Assembly: GCF_000150275.1 (NCBI RefSeq)
Contig: NW_002060957.1
Coordinates: 514,348 to 578,347 of the forward strand
DNA length: 64,000 nucleotides
DNA from: Trichoplax adhaerens
Lineage: Eukaryota > Animalia > Placozoa
Direction: 5' to 3'
This document shows positions 12,331 to 25,200 of the stretch, piece after piece. The notes below the pieces were generated by a model, which saw only the letters and a list, made by a program, of their open reading frames with translations, did not search any database and was not told the origin of the DNA. The position numbers and the translations under genes are program-made. Numbering within the stretch: the first letter of the stretch is position 1; each line of letters starts with the position of its first letter.

Positions 12331-14336
12331 TATAGTCCGATTGGACATAAACTAGAGTACAGTTTATATCACCTAAAATGGATCATGAGCCAATGGACAC
12401 GATAGTCATTGCGGTTTGCAATGGATACTTGTCAGTTGTTTTCATCGCTAGGTCGTAATGAAGAGCTCGCTGAATGGGCATGATTTGTTATTCAATATTG
12501 GCACAAACTAAGTTATAAGAGAATAAGACATAGACTCGTATAAGCGTATATTTATTAGAGGTGATTCGAGATCCATATTCTGAACTAAAAAATGAGGTAC
12601 GGTATCGATGGAGGCATAGGTAGCAATTATTTATTCTGTAACTTTAAAGTATGAAATGACTCATAATAAATTCCTCACTTGCACCAAGTCCGTTGCTGCA
12701 CCATGTACAGTACAGTACACGATTTTACCTTTATTTTTTTAAAGTTATCTGAAAGTACAAGATTTTAAAATCAAACCATCAATAGCAGAGGACCAATTAC
12801 TCGTACTACGAATGGCAGTCTTCCAAATAATCGGTAGAACGAATATCGTAAAATCAATCATATATCTGATTATATTGCATACGGACTGCTATCTTGCACT
12901 GCAGAAAGTATGAAAATGGTCACTGCACACGCATAAATAACAGTCCGCTGAAAAATGTTGCGGCGCTTTTTGAACCACGACGATAGACACAGTCACAAAG
13001 AACTGCTTTGGAACGTTAAACGTTATAATGAGTAATCACTAGTTCATTCAAGCTCTGCACCACTTATTGTAGATCTACGCTCGAGGCGAAAGAATGTCGC
13101 TCTAGAGTTTAACAAGAGTAGAATTTGACTTTCAGTTATTAGACACATTACGTCATGTTATATGCAGTACTAGTGGTACCCATTTAGGTTTTAGGTTTTC
13201 TACTGAGGACGATATAATGAGTAATAAATACACCAATATCAAGCATGAAGTAAAACCTTCTCAGGGTGTGGCATAAATGAAACTCTAAGAGTAGTAGTGA
13301 ATGAGGAGAAGACCTCTTCCGTTTACTTAAAGGAGACTTGATGATGAGTCATTAAACTATTGTATAATTATATTGATTTATTATTCATAAAATACAGTAT
13401 TACTTTACCGACTATAGTATATTGTACTCAGTGTCATTCTGTAATTACTATTATTATTTGGTTTCCCGGATACAAAAACAAGATCGAGTATTTTCTCCTT
13501 ACTTGTGGTAGCAACATAAGCTTCTGCATAGTAAATAATAACAATATAATACAGTAGAACTATAGTATGTGCGGGAACATAGCTTAGGTCTGTCGATCTC
13601 TAGTCCCGGGGTATCACGAAGTACTTCCTACGTATACTGATGTACATACACTGAAGGATTTGGACGGCCCATTCTATATCATATACACGCACACATGATT
13701 TGTCCGTAATTTGACGTAAATTACAGTCATTGCTGGTAGACGTAAATGCTGGAGGGGTTCGATGGAAAAGACTGTTAATTCGGCTGACTACTAATTTGAG
13801 TGAAATATACAAGTTGAAAATGATGCTAGCAATAACGCCATAAACCTTACGATGTCGATATTATACTAGAAATAGACAGCAACAAGTAATTTAGCGGTAA
13901 GAAGTAATTTGGGATAAAATAGCCGCGTACGAGTGCAGTACTGCAGAAGTCACGATAGAAGAACACGATCATATCGTGAATGATTATCGCACTGTACGAG
14001 AAATACTGAGCACTGCGAACATCAGTCTTGCGATTATCATCATATGACATGAATCGTTTTGTTATTATTGCATCTGCATTTTTTTGGATTTTGTAGACTA
14101 AATTTACTTACAGTTGGTCTAAATTACTTTTAAATCAAATAAAAACAGACCCGTCTTAGTTTTATTTTATTTTATTCGTTTGGGATCAGAACATTTAGAC
14201 TAGAACACCATTTTAATACAGTACACGATATTCTGCTATTCTAAATAAGTTGATGCTATACTATGCTGAAAAAAAACATATACTCTTATTTGCATAATTT
14301 TAAGTCCGGTTTAAAACGTCGACTGGTACCGTAACT

Positions 14337-16863
14337 ATGGGATCAACACCATCGACAACCGTAAAAGTGATCAAAAATAATCATAATACCAATCATAATG
14401 GGTAAGTTAGATAATTTTAGACATAATTGTCATATTTATCAGTATATAATATGCTTAGATAGACGTACTTTAATATTAAAAACTCAATAAAGTAGTAATG
14501 TCATTAATACATCGGTGTGTACAGTAAAGTATTACATACCAGTATGCACATATGGTAGTCGTAGCTTCGATTGTATGGATTTATAGCTTATCAAATCAAG
14601 CTTGGAATAAAATTACAATTTGATTATACATTCATTTTTTATCTTCTATTTAGAAATAGTGCTTCGGAAGATAAAGCTAAGAATACTTTGCCATTTGAGG
14701 TACCAATAATCAGACCAATTAATCTGCCTTTCGGTATACTGTATATATAACATAGTTGTCATGTTATTGATATTTTTGGATAATGAAATTCTAAAACTGT
14801 TATGAACACCTGTTGCAATTTTATATTCAAATTCTCGTAGAGACAAGCGGATTGGCAGATGCGATTAGTAAGTGCAGAGGTAGAAGTATCTGAAAAACAG
14901 CTTGATCGACTGGAGGTGGATGTAACTCGTCTTAAATCTCAGGTACATTAATTACTCAAATAGAAATTTAAGTCAAACAACGTTTACAGTGATATCTTAA
15001 GCTACGAGGCATTTATATGAAGTTTTGGAAATATTTCTTGATTTTCTTGAATTAAGTTCAAGAACTTTGCAATAATTTCAACTCTAATTCGATTCTTAAT
15101 CTATACTGCTAGTCAATCAGTGTTTCGATTAAATTGCAACATACTAGTTTCTATTTATATCGCGTAATCACAAGGTGATTTTTCTTAACGATCCAAATAA
15201 AAATCGAAGACATTAGTCCAAGGGGAAACTATCATCTATATTGTATCATAAAATTGGAGCTTGAGCAGAAAGCTAGTGCATAATAAAATATACTTTGAGT
15301 CATGATACTCCTCTAATATAGTGCTTTTGTTACTACAAGTACTTCACGAAATAGGTAACAGAATAGTGATTTTAACGGTCTATCTGTATGCATATATTAT
15401 TAACATTTTACTGGCAGTAGCAGAATTTAATCATAAAGTAATAGTTGATCAAAGAGTATACCGGCTATACCATTCAATTTTAATTTTAACCGTATTGAAA
15501 ACATAAGAATAGAAGAAATAGAGCTAAATTTTGTATTGCTCATTTTATCCCAGGCTTAGAGTACCTTATTGCTTCTCAATTGATTAGAGATGATCAAGAT
15601 ATAATGCGATCTATTAAAATTTACTCAAATTTATCATTATTAGAATTTTTCTTCGCTAAGATATCAATGTATTTTCGACTGTTAGATAAATTGAAAGTTG
15701 ATGTTTACGTCTTTTCCTTATTAAAATTCACATTCATGATATGATTAATGAGCCATCAATCCGAATAAATTGATCTAATTCAATTTAAAGCTACTATGTA
15801 TTACCTTATAATTTCTACATTAATACCTGGTAGAATGTAGAATTACAAGTTGAAAACGAAAATTTACGGCAAGCTCTAGCCAATGCTGAAAGGCAACTTG
15901 AAATTGTCAAAGATGAAAATAGTGACTTCATTTTGGAAATCAAAAGAAAATATGAACAGCAAATTACTAATAAAAATCACGTAAGAAACAGCATTTCTTA
16001 CTTTGAATCGTATTTTCATGCCATAAAGTGCTGTATTCATTGTTCCGTTCATGATTCTTTGATCTTATATAATTGCAATCGAAATGAAATTAACCCATAT
16101 GATTGTTCATCTCTGTCTTTCAGAAAATAGATACATTGACAGAGAGTTTACGGCAAGCTGAATCAACCGTAGTAAAACTTGTAGGGATACTATTTAGGCT
16201 TCTATTCGGCTTTCAAATTATCTTGCAATTAATCAATTAAATAATAGTTTTCATGGGGCATCATTTGTGCTAGTAATAAGTGCCATATATTGGCATTTTA
16301 TTATATATTTAGAAAGAAAAATATTCAAAAAGGATTGACAAGATACGAACGAATTCCGCAAAAAGCAGACAAGAATCAGCGCTGCAATTAATGTCTAGTA
16401 AAGAAAAGGTCACTCGCTTAGTTGAAGATAATAACAATTTGCAAGGTATGCTATATATAGCAAATTTAGAACTAAATTTATTAGTGAAATAAATTATAGT
16501 ATGAGATTCAGTACGGTACCTTATTACTACGCGAATAAGAAATATGGGATATCATTAAATCGTTGAAGGTGTATTGGGCAATGCTTAAAAAGGTAAATAC
16601 AAATCTTACGATTTAATTTTGTACTTATTTTTGGGTTTTTAGAGCAAATCAGACAGTTGATTTTGCACGGGAACAGTAATGATCCGGCAGAATCAGGTAG
16701 TGATCCTTATAAAGATAGCATGATTATTTTGGAAGAGAAGAGAAATACCTTGGTATTGCAACTGTCTGAACAAATTTCTGCGCTAGAAGATGAGAAGAGA
16801 TTACTATCATTCGATTTGCGAGCAGCTTTAAATAAAATTAAAGATTTAGAAGTTGAACGATGA
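14337..16863 (+). CDS. Coiled-coil protein with MGxxxS N-terminus, 7 exons (tentatively CCDC192-like)
   Basis: Exons 14337-14401, 14654-14699, 14841-14942, 15834-15980, 16124-16180, 16313-16445, 16643-16863 join in frame with GT-AG sites: MGSTPSTT...VSEKQLDRLEVDVTRLKSQNVELQVENENLRQAL...LVLQLSEQISALEDEKRLLSFDLRAALNKIKDLEVER*. Heptad pattern is clear; the family name rests on my recollection of C-terminal similarity only. Confidence 0.8.
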
Positions 16864-18979
16864 TCTTAAAGCTACAAGGAGATATAATATTACTGCCAAT
16901 AATTTGAAACGAAAAAATATCTATATCAGCTAATTAACACATTCAATTGGCTTATTTGCTATTTTTAACATTTTATGATAAGGCTCTCCGCAATTAATTC
17001 AATTTTATGTATTAAAGACTGCTGCACTTAGTGTTCATAATATAACGATAAATAATTTAATTTTTAAAAGATTTTACAAAGAGATAAGCTAGTTACTTCT
17101 TATTTTTTTTTATTATTCATCGATCACTTTCAATGAGAAATATATAATTAAGTATGATATTCTTCGCAAGTGAAATATCAAACCACGAAGTTATGCTTGG
17201 AAACTTACTCAATGGATTATAATCTGAACTTTGCACTGTAAAGTCTTGCATATTCGTATCTATCAATTTCTATAAGTTATCAAAGTTACTATTGCTGAGG
17301 CAACTGTGCTTAGATATTATCTATCTGTGCTCCATATAGGTAGCTAAATAATGGAACTTTGTCTGTATAGGTGTATGATTCCAGTTACTTGCCATCTTAA
17401 AACGAGTTGCATTTACTGTACTACTAAGTCTATTTTAAACTTAATCAAATCAAACTTGGGTAAATGCTTCCATTTTAAGTTGTCAAATAAAACAAAGATT
17501 TCTATTATGTAAATGTTGCTATATCGATAAAAATGCAGTACAATTGCAACAAATAAATTTGTTACGAGATAAATGCAAATGGTGACTTATTTCATACATC
17601 GAAGGAGATGATAAGCAGAGCGGACTATTTCAGATTATCTCGCTATCAATCAGTCGTAAAACCGTTATATACCGAAGTTAGGTACGATTATTTAATTATA
17701 ATTAGTTATCATACTAATCGATCGGACTGTAAACTGAGGCTGCTTAGGATTCGATCCAAATATGTTAAATTGAAGGATGGACGGCGGAAATGCATTGTTA
17801 GTTATACCATGGATTACTAAAAATATTTCTTTAGCAGTCCATGATTATATTTAGACCTAAGTAAGATTTTCGAAAATCTATTCATTGGAGCTTGCTCATT
17901 TCTGAGCACATTATGAGAAGCAATTCGATTTGAAGTTCTGTTACCTTGCAAGAAAACGCAACAAATTACTTACTTTATTATTGAATCTTCAAGGTAAGGA
18001 TGATGGTTATTTATTAGGATATTATTTCAGTGTAAATTATTAATTAAAAAAAAATGTAACATTCAACCAGAAGAATAATTGCTAGCTATTTGTTAATAGT
18101 TCGATCTCAGATAAAAATTGTAACTAAAAATCAAACCATTTTATAAGTAATAAACCCTAACTACAGTGTCGTGGAGTCTTCGAACCAATGATTGCTCAAG
18201 CTTGCTACTAAAATAGATGGATCAATGTAAGTATTAAAAGTACAAGGATTTGCACTCGAGCAAGGTTGCAGTAAAAAGTTATGCACTATATACGAGTATA
18301 TCGAAAGAATCTACCAAATGCACACGTGAATGATAGAATCTTTCAAATAAAAAATTTATTTCTGTTATGCTGCTTATTGATACACAGGACAAATAACCAA
18401 ATCAGTACTCATTTATATTGCTCACAGATTATGCCCAAATCATAGCTTTTTTTCTTCTTCTGAAATTATTCGTAACACTACTTCCTAATATATGCACAAC
18501 ATGTATTATAGCATCGCCTTTGACAGCAGCAAAATAATAAGCAATATTCGATATCATGCCATCACATTACACTTAACACTTTTTAGGTCATGATTACACT
18601 TTATGGTATATAACTTGCGGTAGCACAGAAGTTAGCTATCATTTATCAACATAATTAGCAGTGTGTTGTCGCATAATTGCTGTTACCAATTACAATGATG
18701 TTATGAACAAGGGGATTAGTTGATTTGTGAATTTCAATATTGAAAGAAATACTGCATTTGGATTAAAAATAAATTGAAATAAGCAAGAAAGCAGAACTAT
18801 CCTATGAGCTATAGTCTTGCCTCGTACGTATTGTCTACTGTGCCATTCAATTTTTTACTGTGTATAACGAAATCGTGTTGATTATACTTAATTTTAATAT
18901 TCCACTCTATACAAGGGCTATCGTTTTCGCAACCCGTTCGATAGTGCCGTTAGAGTAATTACTGCATTAGCTGTACATA

Positions 18980-20166
18980 TTAATTATAATGACCATCTAA
19001 AAATTTGGACAAAAATTCTTTAGGCCTTTCCGGTTTAGTTTCTTCAAAGTATCTCATAATATGAGTCTTAGCTTTCCATATGCTGTTTATTTCCTGTAAT
19101 TCCATACGACCCTATAATGGAAAGTATCAATACCAATTACAGTAAGGGATGTATAAACTTGGCAACTAACTTGATAGCTACTTAAGATACACGTTACATG
19201 CCATTAATGATGGATGAGAGCAAAGTAAAGTATCATAATGAAACATTGAAATAAAATGTAATGGCGCGAAGTAATTCATGAAATAATATGAATCTGTATG
19301 CTCTTAGTAGTGAACTGATCGGTTAGAAAACATTCAATTGTTATTTGATTGATTTCACAAACCTTGATAATCAGCATGTCGATTTTTCGCAAGTCATGAA
19401 TTCCAGCATTTCTCAAAAACATTTCCCTAACCTTATTTCTGCCTTCATCCACTGTAATATCAAGTTTATACGTTTGTATAGCCCGTGGGACCTACAAAAA
19501 GTGCATCGCAGGTTAGTCAATGAAACAGTGACCAATTCTATTCTGAAATGTTACTTCAAATACAGCAATACTGATGCTGAAGCGGAGTCAACAACACTCA
19601 GTGATGATCTATCTTTTCTGACATTGATATTTTAGCTGTCTCTACTGTATAGTCTTATGAATGTGGAAGCGTCATGATCAACTTCGGGTAAAGAACTAAC
19701 TGAATGATGCATGCTATCTTACGTGCACGACAGCCATTAGCAACAATGTTGTCAAGACCTTACAGTCAATTAATATGACTCGAGACGACAAAAATATAGA
19801 TCATTAGAACAGATGTAAGGAAACAAGCCGATCCTATACCGATCCATTGCATAGCTTTACCATATCATTCTAGTTACACTATGAAAAGGTTGTGTTTCGA
19901 CAGTAAACTGGATACTAAGCATTATTATGTGATTGAGATGGCAAATGATTGATAATTATTATGAAAGAATCTCCACTGTCTACTTAAGCAACTCCTGTTC
20001 AATTTTGGGCATGATGTGTTTCCGGCATAACATTTAGACTAATTTCATCTGTAGACAATTTTACCTCTCTATACCATTCTCTGTAGAGATTAAAGACTCG
20101 TCTTCTAGCTTCGATAGAGGTAGATGATAATAAAGGTTTGACTTCGGCTACAGCTCTGGCCGCCAT
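18980..20166 (-). CDS. NDUFA6: NADH:ubiquinone oxidoreductase subunit A6 (B14, LYR family), 3 exons
   Basis: Exons 20065-20166, 19363-19491, 18980-19111 give [34 protein letters not shown]|[43 protein letters not shown]|[43 protein letters not shown]. Confidence 0.97.
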
Positions 20167-20350
20167 CTTGGTGGGGAGATCAACGCGATCGACGTGAGTG
20201 TACAGTACAGTGCGAGTGGTGCTTTGAATTTGTATAGTAAAACACACGTTGAGCGTCCCTGCCGCTGGTTGGTACTGTACACTCGGTGCACTGTACTTCG
20301 TGTCCAGCGTCCACTGTCCAGTACGTACAGAACAGATGTCGCAAGTTCAA
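20159..20350 (-). promoter_or_regulatory. NDUFA6 promoter: TISU/YY1-type CAAGATGGCGGC over the start codon plus GTAC-rich island
   Basis: Minus strand 20170-20159 reads CAAGATGGCGGC. Upstream lie gtgtacagtacagt, ggtactgtacact and cagtacgtacag. Confidence 0.55.
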
Positions 20351-20574
20351 GTAGTATTGTTATGCAATGTGAAGACAAACTACGACATCTGTTAGACACC
20401 TCTAGGGAATGGAAACTGGACTGGGCAACTTCTCACTCCAATTCCATTTCTTGTCTTGCAGTTTTCTCTTGGACCATCGCAGTTTCAACTCGTTTTCAAC
20501 CTTAATAATGACGGTGCAATGTAGTCGGTGAATGTATCTTAATGGTACATACGATATGAGGTAGAGACGGGTAG

Positions 20575-21319
20575 TCAAAAAGCCTCTTGTACAACCAGCA
20601 ACTTGCAAAATGACGAGTGATGGCATGGAGCCATGGACTACTGCGATACTGTATCTAGTAGTCGAAGATCGACGATCTACTGTACACACAAGATGCAAAA
20701 CATTGCATAGCAGATATTCAAAAAGTCTCATGTGCAACCAGCAACTTGCAAAAAGACGAGTGATAGCATGGAGCCATGGACTACTGTGATACTGTATCTA
20801 GTAGTCGAAGATCGACGATCTACTTTACTATACTGTACACGCAAGATGCAAAACATTGCATAGCAGATATTCAAAAAGTCTCTTATACAACCAGCAAACT
20901 TGCAAAAAGACGAGTGATAGCATTGAGCCATGGACTACTGCGATACTGTATCTAGTAGTCGAAGATCGACGATCTACTGTACACACAAGATGCAAAACAT
21001 TGCATAGCAGATATTCAAAAAGTCTCATGTACAACCGGCAACTTGCAAAATGACGAGTGATAGCGTGGAGCCATGGACTACTGCGATACTGTATCTAGTA
21101 GTCGAAGATCGACGATCTACTTTACTATACTGTACACGCAAGATGCAAAACAGTGCATAGCAGATATTCAAAAAGTCTCTTGTACAACCAGCAAACTTGC
21201 AAAAAGACAAGTGATAGCATCGAGCCATGGACTACTGCGATACTTTATCTAGTAGTCGAAGATCGACGATCTACTGTACAGTGTACACACAAGATGCAAA
21301 ATAATGCATAGCAGATATT
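20575..21319. repeat. Tandem repeat, 5 units of 143/153/144/153/~151 bp with a ~297-bp higher-order dimer
   Basis: Units start at tcaaaaag (20575, 20718, 20871, 21015, 21168). Units 2 and 4 share a 10-bp insertion (tttactatac); units 3 and 5 share gcaaacttgc. Confidence 0.97.
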
Positions 21320-22272
21320 ATCGCGGAATCTGAAAGAAGTTTTGAAACATGCATAAAAAAGGAATTCAGTCTAACGATTGATTTATTAATGTAGGATTAG
21401 GGTAATGGAGGGCATAAGTAAGACTAATAATAGTATGAAGTGATAAAGAGCTGTGGTAATATTTGTCTCGGCAAATTGACTAGTTGAAGGCCTAAAATTG
21501 CTAAACTTGGACGTAGACCGGTGCCGAGTGCATGCATGTGTTCTAGCCCCATGCACGCTGATAATATCGCGTATCGCTATAATAAAACCGTTGGGAATGG
21601 ACTGCAATTGGATCGGCTGGCAATCAATGAATTGGATAGCTTTCTCGTATAATCCTTATTCTAGTTGAAATGCATTGATACGCATACATGCAATTATAGA
21701 AGTATGGTACTGTAAAGAGAAGCAAGTACATTAACATTCTACGCGTATTTCAAGTTTATACATATATAGTCATATACGTTGTAAGACGAAATCAGCTCAA
21801 TACAAACGCTAAAATAGAAGAACTGTTGAAAAAATGAAATAATCCAATGCGACGTTAGACTGCAAGTGATGATTAATAGCTGACTTTCGAGAACTGTTGC
21901 TTAAAATGTACTGGATAATGCATACGAAGTTCTAATGTACAATCTATTCAGTTTTGGCTCGGTATGCCTTAAAGTAGAAATAAGGCTTTCAGTAGATCAA
22001 ATGATAAAATCCACCACGATACCGATATCTGAACTTTGATAACTATTAATATATAATTAACACCGTATAAAAATTAAAGACATTGCGATATTTATAGCTA
22101 AATCTCGAAAAGCATACAAAAGCACATGGTTTCAAAATTGAAACAAACACTGGTTACAATTCTTTTTTTTCTAGTATCACAACTACAACAATGATAAAGC
22201 GAAGCTATTTTTTTAACGTTATTTCTAAGTTAAAATAGGAATTTGTCTTAATCAACCACGAAGTAAAGGCAT

Positions 22273-25200
22273 TTAAACACTGTTACTGTTGGTAATAAGG
22301 GACGGAAATAAGTAGGCGTAATTTAAATGCCCATCCGCTACGTTTTGTAGGTTGGTAGCAATTAGACTAGCTTCTAAAGTACTGGACTGAGCAGCAAAGC
22401 TGGTAACTAATGCTTGTGCTGGTGGGTCTTCAATGTCAGCTCCATAGTCAAGAAGGCTATCATGGCGTAATGTAGTTTGCAAATTTGCAAAATTTACTTG
22501 AGTCTGTAACAAGAAATTGAAAGGATGGTTTATCATATTCGTAACGTTAGTACGACTGCTACACATCAAAGTTTTATTGGTTACGCGTATAATCTCTTAC
22601 ATTCATTTAATCTTTATACTTACGATAGATTGCGAACCAGTAGGGAATCGTTCTGGCTGAAATCCAGCAACACCATCGACATCGTAATATTTTCCAGGCA
22701 TATTAGGCACAAAGGATGCATACTCAAGCAGAGGATAATTGACAGCCGCGTGCTGACCAGATGCAGTCCATAAAATCAAGTGGATGGCATTGATCAGTTG
22801 ACGTCTATTTTGAAACGCTGGAGGAAAATCTTTTATCTGTTCAATAAATTAAAACTGAAGTTGTTATTTAACGTAAAGGATAAAGCAAGAATTGAGCTTA
22901 TAACGAAAATGGGCGCCTATTTACCTTGCCATTTGCGGAGTTTGGAGTGCCTGTTGCCTCATTGGACAACTCATCAGCCCAGGCTTGTAATTCAAAATCG
23001 TTGACAACATCCGCATCGCTATCATAGTATCTAACAAACGAAGAATATTATTAGAATGGCATGAATAATTTCAGCAATATCATATTTGATAGCATATGAA
23101 TATACAAAATAGGATACATATACGAGTATTTAGCTAGCCCGTTAGACCTACAGAATCGTAACGTATTATTAAGAATTGATAAAATTGAACGAAAGTAGAC
23201 AACGATTGCCAATTAATTGGATAAGTACGTTATGGCGTATGAATTTTCTTAATTAATTTTAAAGCTACTATTAATCCTGAATTATTTTTAGTTAGCACTT
23301 TACTCAAAAATAAAATCATTAAACCAAAGATTTCGTCATTATCAAATTAACCGGTATATCAGTATGCTATGATAATTCACACTAGGCATCAATACATTAT
23401 ACCCGTATACATATTTATTAACATAGCACAAAGTGATAGTGTTATGAATTATAAATTTAAGAATATGAGAGAAGTATTGTACCATATACATCTTAAGTTG
23501 TAAAGTACTTTACGTATATATTAAGAACAGCATACTATAGCTAGTAAATAACTTACAATGAAATATATTGTTCCGTAAAGTCTCGTAACAGATCAAAGAC
23601 TTTCTTGCCGTCATCACGATATGGATAATAAGGTAAGATAGTTTCTGTTGCTGATTTATCAATTCCGTAAAGCCTGCAAAGCCGGCAGTGGCTATATTGT
23701 CATATTGGCCAAATTGAGGGATATGACTTAGCTCTACAAATTTGTTCAAGGTTAACGTGCCAACGCAATGACGGCGTAAAATTTGGCGTAACGGATGCTT
23801 TAAGGGCAAGTGTCGATTACCAACAACGCAGACTGGATCCATTAAGAATTGAGTTTTTAAGAGATGTTCAACAAGTTGACTGGAGACATATGTCGCTAAT
23901 TGAGCTCGAGTTTTAGCAATAGACCAGTTATCGCCATCAGCAGGGGTAAAAACTGAGGACGTTGGTGTGCTATCCATCTGAATTGCAACTGGCAGTAATT
24001 GACCATTATTGACATCGGGATTAGATACGAATATAGCAATTGGCGATGAGGTATTTTGCATTGTTCTATTATCAGTGGGTACTTCGTTGATGTCAGGTCC
24101 TTGCGGAAGTGCTCGTAATTCTGGAAATTGCATTACGAAGATACGACCATCTTCCAAAGCCTAATTTATTTTATGTTTACACAATTTACACAGTTATCAT
24201 CGATGACAATAATTATCCAAGGAAGCTCAATTATCACTACAATAACAGTAACATGATAAATTACTTTCTTACTTGATTTACAGTATTACCAAATGTTTGC
24301 GAATTCAATTTGGACTCAATAGCATTCTTCCAACCAAAATCAGGATTTAAGAAAGGTTTTAACTCAGAAACCTTAGTACCATCGAAAATAGCATCTAAGT
24401 AAGACCAAATGTTTATTTTTTGAGCATTATTAAAAGGAAATATTAAGAGATATCCATGTATGAAAGATATAGTACGGTATATCTTACAAGTATTATTCGC
24501 TCCGTGTGGCTCTATCAAGTATATTGTACAGGGTATATCAAAATGGAATTATTTATTTCTGTCTTACCTCTCTGACAAACAACTTTCCAGACAGGCTTAA
24601 AGCAGCTAGTATAAAACAAGCGCAAGCCATATCGCGAAAAACGAGCTGATAAGCACTTTCGGAAGTAGCTTGGTGTGTTGTAAGTATTTTCAACGGTAGT
24701 GCCATCCAGCCACTTACCATATTTTGCTCCCACATAGACACGTGAGTACCATGCTTTGAAGTACTTATTAACAAGTTTAGCTTCCGTAGGATCCGACAAT
24801 ATTGGTAAACGGCCATGATTACATTTGCACTTATATTGAGCAATATGCCAGTTTGTGTAATGATATGGACGAAAGGCTTTATAGCAATGTTTACCAATTA
24901 ATTTCCAACCCTGTGGACAAGCTACATGTACATACAAGATTTAATATTTTGGTTGCTTAATTCAAGTTACCATTACCGGTAATTAAGATCTGATTAGCAG
25001 ATCGGGTAATTTTGGAGAACGTGTTATTATTAACAAATTACTCATAAATAATGTGATTAAAGCTACTTCAACTTACATGATTTGAAAACTCTGGATAGCT
25101 GCAAGGGATGTAATCCTGCCAAACGCTGCTCTGCAAAGACTTTATCATCCGAGAAATTATCAATGATTAGATCACTAGGCATCGTGAGTTGATTTCCTAG

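Noticed and set aside
20361-20400. MQCEDKLR resembles tropomyosin EQCEDQLR
   Set aside because: The match is about seven residues with no flanking similarity, so it is likely chance.
20402-21228. Several 65-111 aa ORFs over the repeat
   Set aside because: They are repetitive translations of the tandem units on both strands with no recognisable domain.
20575-21319. CRISPR array, or hammerhead ribozyme (retrozyme) suggested by TGACGAG...CGATAC...GTC in the tandem units
   Set aside because: There are no unique spacers and the context is eukaryotic. The hammerhead core needs CUGANGA and GAAA, but the units have ATGACGA or AAGACGA and GATA, with no convincing stem I.
21500-21570. GC-rich hairpin (gtgcatg...catgcac) as a possible ncRNA
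   Set aside because: It has only a 7-bp stem and no recognisable snRNA, tRNA, SRP or snoRNA boxes.
23510-23650. C-terminal tail of the 215-aa ORF (QQKLSYLIIHIVMTARK...) as a novel LOX extension
   Set aside because: It is the out-of-frame reading of the YPYRDDG exon plus intron.
24553-24897. 114-aa alternative-frame ORF inside the CTLD exon
   Set aside because: This is a shadow frame of the lectin exon, with no equivalent ORF listed for paralog B.
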